A program made the translations under genes and the position numbers. This document shows positions 51,341 to 53,027 of a stretch of 53,027 nt of DNA, in pieces. Each line of letters starts with the position of its first letter. Position 1 is the stretch's first letter. The notes under the pieces were generated by a model. The model was not told the origin of the DNA and did no database searches. It saw only the letters and a program-made list of their open reading frames with translations. Origin of the DNA: a virus. Lineage: Duplodnaviria > Caudoviricetes. The stretch spans positions 1 to 53,027 of the IMG/VR virus record IMGVR_UViG_3300045885_000475. One strand, 5' to 3'.

Positions 51341-53027
51341 GCCTGCTCGTCATGCGTCTCGTCTCGGCCTACTCGATCGACGAGATCCGGGCCATCCCCC
51401 ATGAGGATCGCCGACGGACCGAGGTGATCCTGCGGCCCTCCAACGAGCGGTACCTCTTCGACCCCGCCAGCACGGAAGAGGATGACGGGGACGAAGTCCT
51501 CGAGCCTGACGACGCCGGCTGCACCTGCTGCGCGGAACAAGGCCGCTGGATCAAGGACTTCGACGAGGAGCCTGTCGGTTTCCCCACCGCCGATCTCCTC
51601 GGAACCCCGAACCAGGTCAGCCTCTCCGCGAGCGGCGAAGACGTCCTCGTGGGGGATACGGACATCACTCTCTCGCTCCCTCAGGACATCCACTCCGGAG
51701 CGAGCCCCACGTTCGCATCGCTCAGTCTGACGGCCGCGACGAACCAGATCGTCCTCGACAGCGACGCGATCCTGACCGGCACGATCACGATCGCCACCCT
51801 CACGGCTTCGAGAATCTGGACCTTGCCGGATGCGGACGGAACGCTTCTGATCGGATCAGGAGTCGCCGGCCAGGTCGCCTATTGGAGCGACGCGAACACG
51901 CTCGCGGGCGATGCGGGCCACACCTTCAACTCTGCGACCGGGCTAATGACTCTCGGCAAGAGCGGCGTGTCGGCAATCTTCCGCGTGTTTGCGTCCGACG
52001 GGGTGAAGTACACGCAGTTCTACGCGGACGGGATCAACAACAACGCGAGCAGGTCGTTCCAGTTCGGAGCGCAGGTCAGCGCGGTCGAGCCCTTGAACAG
52101 CGGCGGCGCGAACCTCGGCGGGTCCGGAGCCGAGTGGAAGGACATCTACGCCGTCGACGGCCTAGGGACGGCTTCGCTCACCTGGGCAAGCTCCAAATTG
52201 ACGATCACGGCGACCCCTGGCGCTCAGCTCCGGCTGGCCTACGACGGGAGCAACTATACCGAGATCACGACGAACTCCTCTGGCCGGACCACCTTCACCA
52301 ACACCGGCAACATCATGTTCTTCGATCAGACTTCCGCCGGTGGAACGACGACCTGGGGGGCGCTCAATCGAAGCACTGCGGCAGGCTCCAACTGCATGCT
52401 CCAGGTGTCCACGAACAGCGGGACGGCGGGCGACCCGTTCATTCTCTTCGAGATCGACGGCGTTTCCAACTGGACCATCGGCCCAAGAAACAGCGTCGGC
52501 GACGAGTTTAGGATCAGCCCTGGCGCGACTCTGGCGACGGCCCCGCATTTCACCATCGCCACGACCGGAGCCACCACGATCCACCAGTGGCTCAACGCCG
52601 GCACCGCCACCGCCGCGACCGCGCAGGGTCAGATTGCCTTCAGCGCGCAGACCTTTGGGCCGACGGGCGCTCTTGCTGCCACACCCACCTACAGCTTCGT
52701 GGGGAATACGAATACCGGCATTTACGGAATTGCTAGCGGCTTCCGCGCTAGCACGGCGGGTACGGGCCGTTTCCAGTGGAGCACGGCGGCTTACGTGGTT
52801 TCCTCGGACATCTACCTGGGGTGGATTGACACCACGTCCATGGAAACGGCCACGGTGCACGATGTCCGTCTCTACAGAGACGCCGCTGCGCAGCTCGCTC
52901 TTCGGAACGGCACCACGGCGGCGCAAAGTTTCTTCATCTACGAAACCTTTACCGACGCCTCCAACTACGCCCGCCTTCAGCTGACCACCCAGGCAGGGGA
53001 CTACGGCCTCGTGACGACGGCGGCGGG
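51337..53027 (+). CDS. Tail fibre, N-terminal part (MSLLVMRLVS...; about 1013 aa including 1-1378)
   Basis: ATGA overlap with the hub gene; no stop through the window end by hand translation; PTYSFVGNTNTGIY fibre motif; missed by the ORF track. Confidence 0.85.
   Translation, partial: MSLLVMRLVSAYSIDEIRAIPHEDRRRTEVILRPSNERYLFDPASTEEDDGDEVLEPDDAGCTCCAEQGRWIKDFDEEPVGFPTADLLGTPNQVSLSASGEDVLVGDTDITLSLPQDIHSGASPTFASLSLTAATNQIVLDSDAILTGTITIATLTASRIWTLPDADGTLLIGSGVAGQVAYWSDANTLAGDAGHTFNSATGLMTLGKSGVSAIFRVFASDGVKYTQFYADGINNNASRSFQFGAQVSAVEPLNSGGANLGGSGAEWKDIYAVDGLGTASLTWASSKLTITATPGAQLRLAYDGSNYTEITTNSSGRTTFTNTGNIMFFDQTSAGGTTTWGALNRSTAAGSNCMLQVSTNSGTAGDPFILFEIDGVSNWTIGPRNSVGDEFRISPGATLATAPHFTIATTGATTIHQWLNAGTATAATAQGQIAFSAQTFGPTGALAATPTYSFVGNTNTGIYGIASGFRASTAGTGRFQWSTAAYVVSSDIYLGWIDTTSMETATVHDVRLYRDAAAQLALRNGTTAAQSFFIYETFTDASNYARLQLTTQAGDYGLVTTAA
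53001..53027. repeat. Terminal direct repeat, copy 2
   Basis: Identical to nt 1-27. Confidence 0.95.

Overview
The window looks like a complete, circularly assembled, GC-rich temperate tailed-phage genome of about 53,000 bp. The last 27 nt repeat nt 1-27, and one ~1013-aa tail-fibre ORF reads through the junction. Gene order: tail-fibre, accessory virion and candidate lysis genes (1-8.5 kb); a HigBA-like toxin-antitoxin pair and a Xer-like tyrosine recombinase (9-10.9 kb); a promoter and a highly structured ~260-nt leader (11.06-11.35 kb); an early operon with a Cas4/RecB-like nuclease, HNH, putative annealase, SMC/Rad50-like ATPase, ParB-like protein, sigma-28-like factor, HD hydrolase, RusA, replication initiator, Lar-like protein, HerA-like ATPase and many small Zn-finger ORFs (11.3-29.9 kb); then terminase, head and siphovirus-type tail genes (30-53 kb). 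The most notable unexplained signals are: (i) seven dispersed copies of the palindrome (C/G)TGCAGACGTCTGCA(G/C), with an orphan ParB next to an SMC-like ATPase; (ii) a switch-like structured leader RNA and no classical cI/cro pair; (iii) a conserved extended RBS, AAAGGAGACGGGG; (iv) a tail-hub protein with transmembrane-like helices, next to a glycosyltransferase; (v) a tRNA-Arg 5'-half look-alike antisense to the end of the capsid gene. All calls come from motif recognition by eye; no database searches were run.
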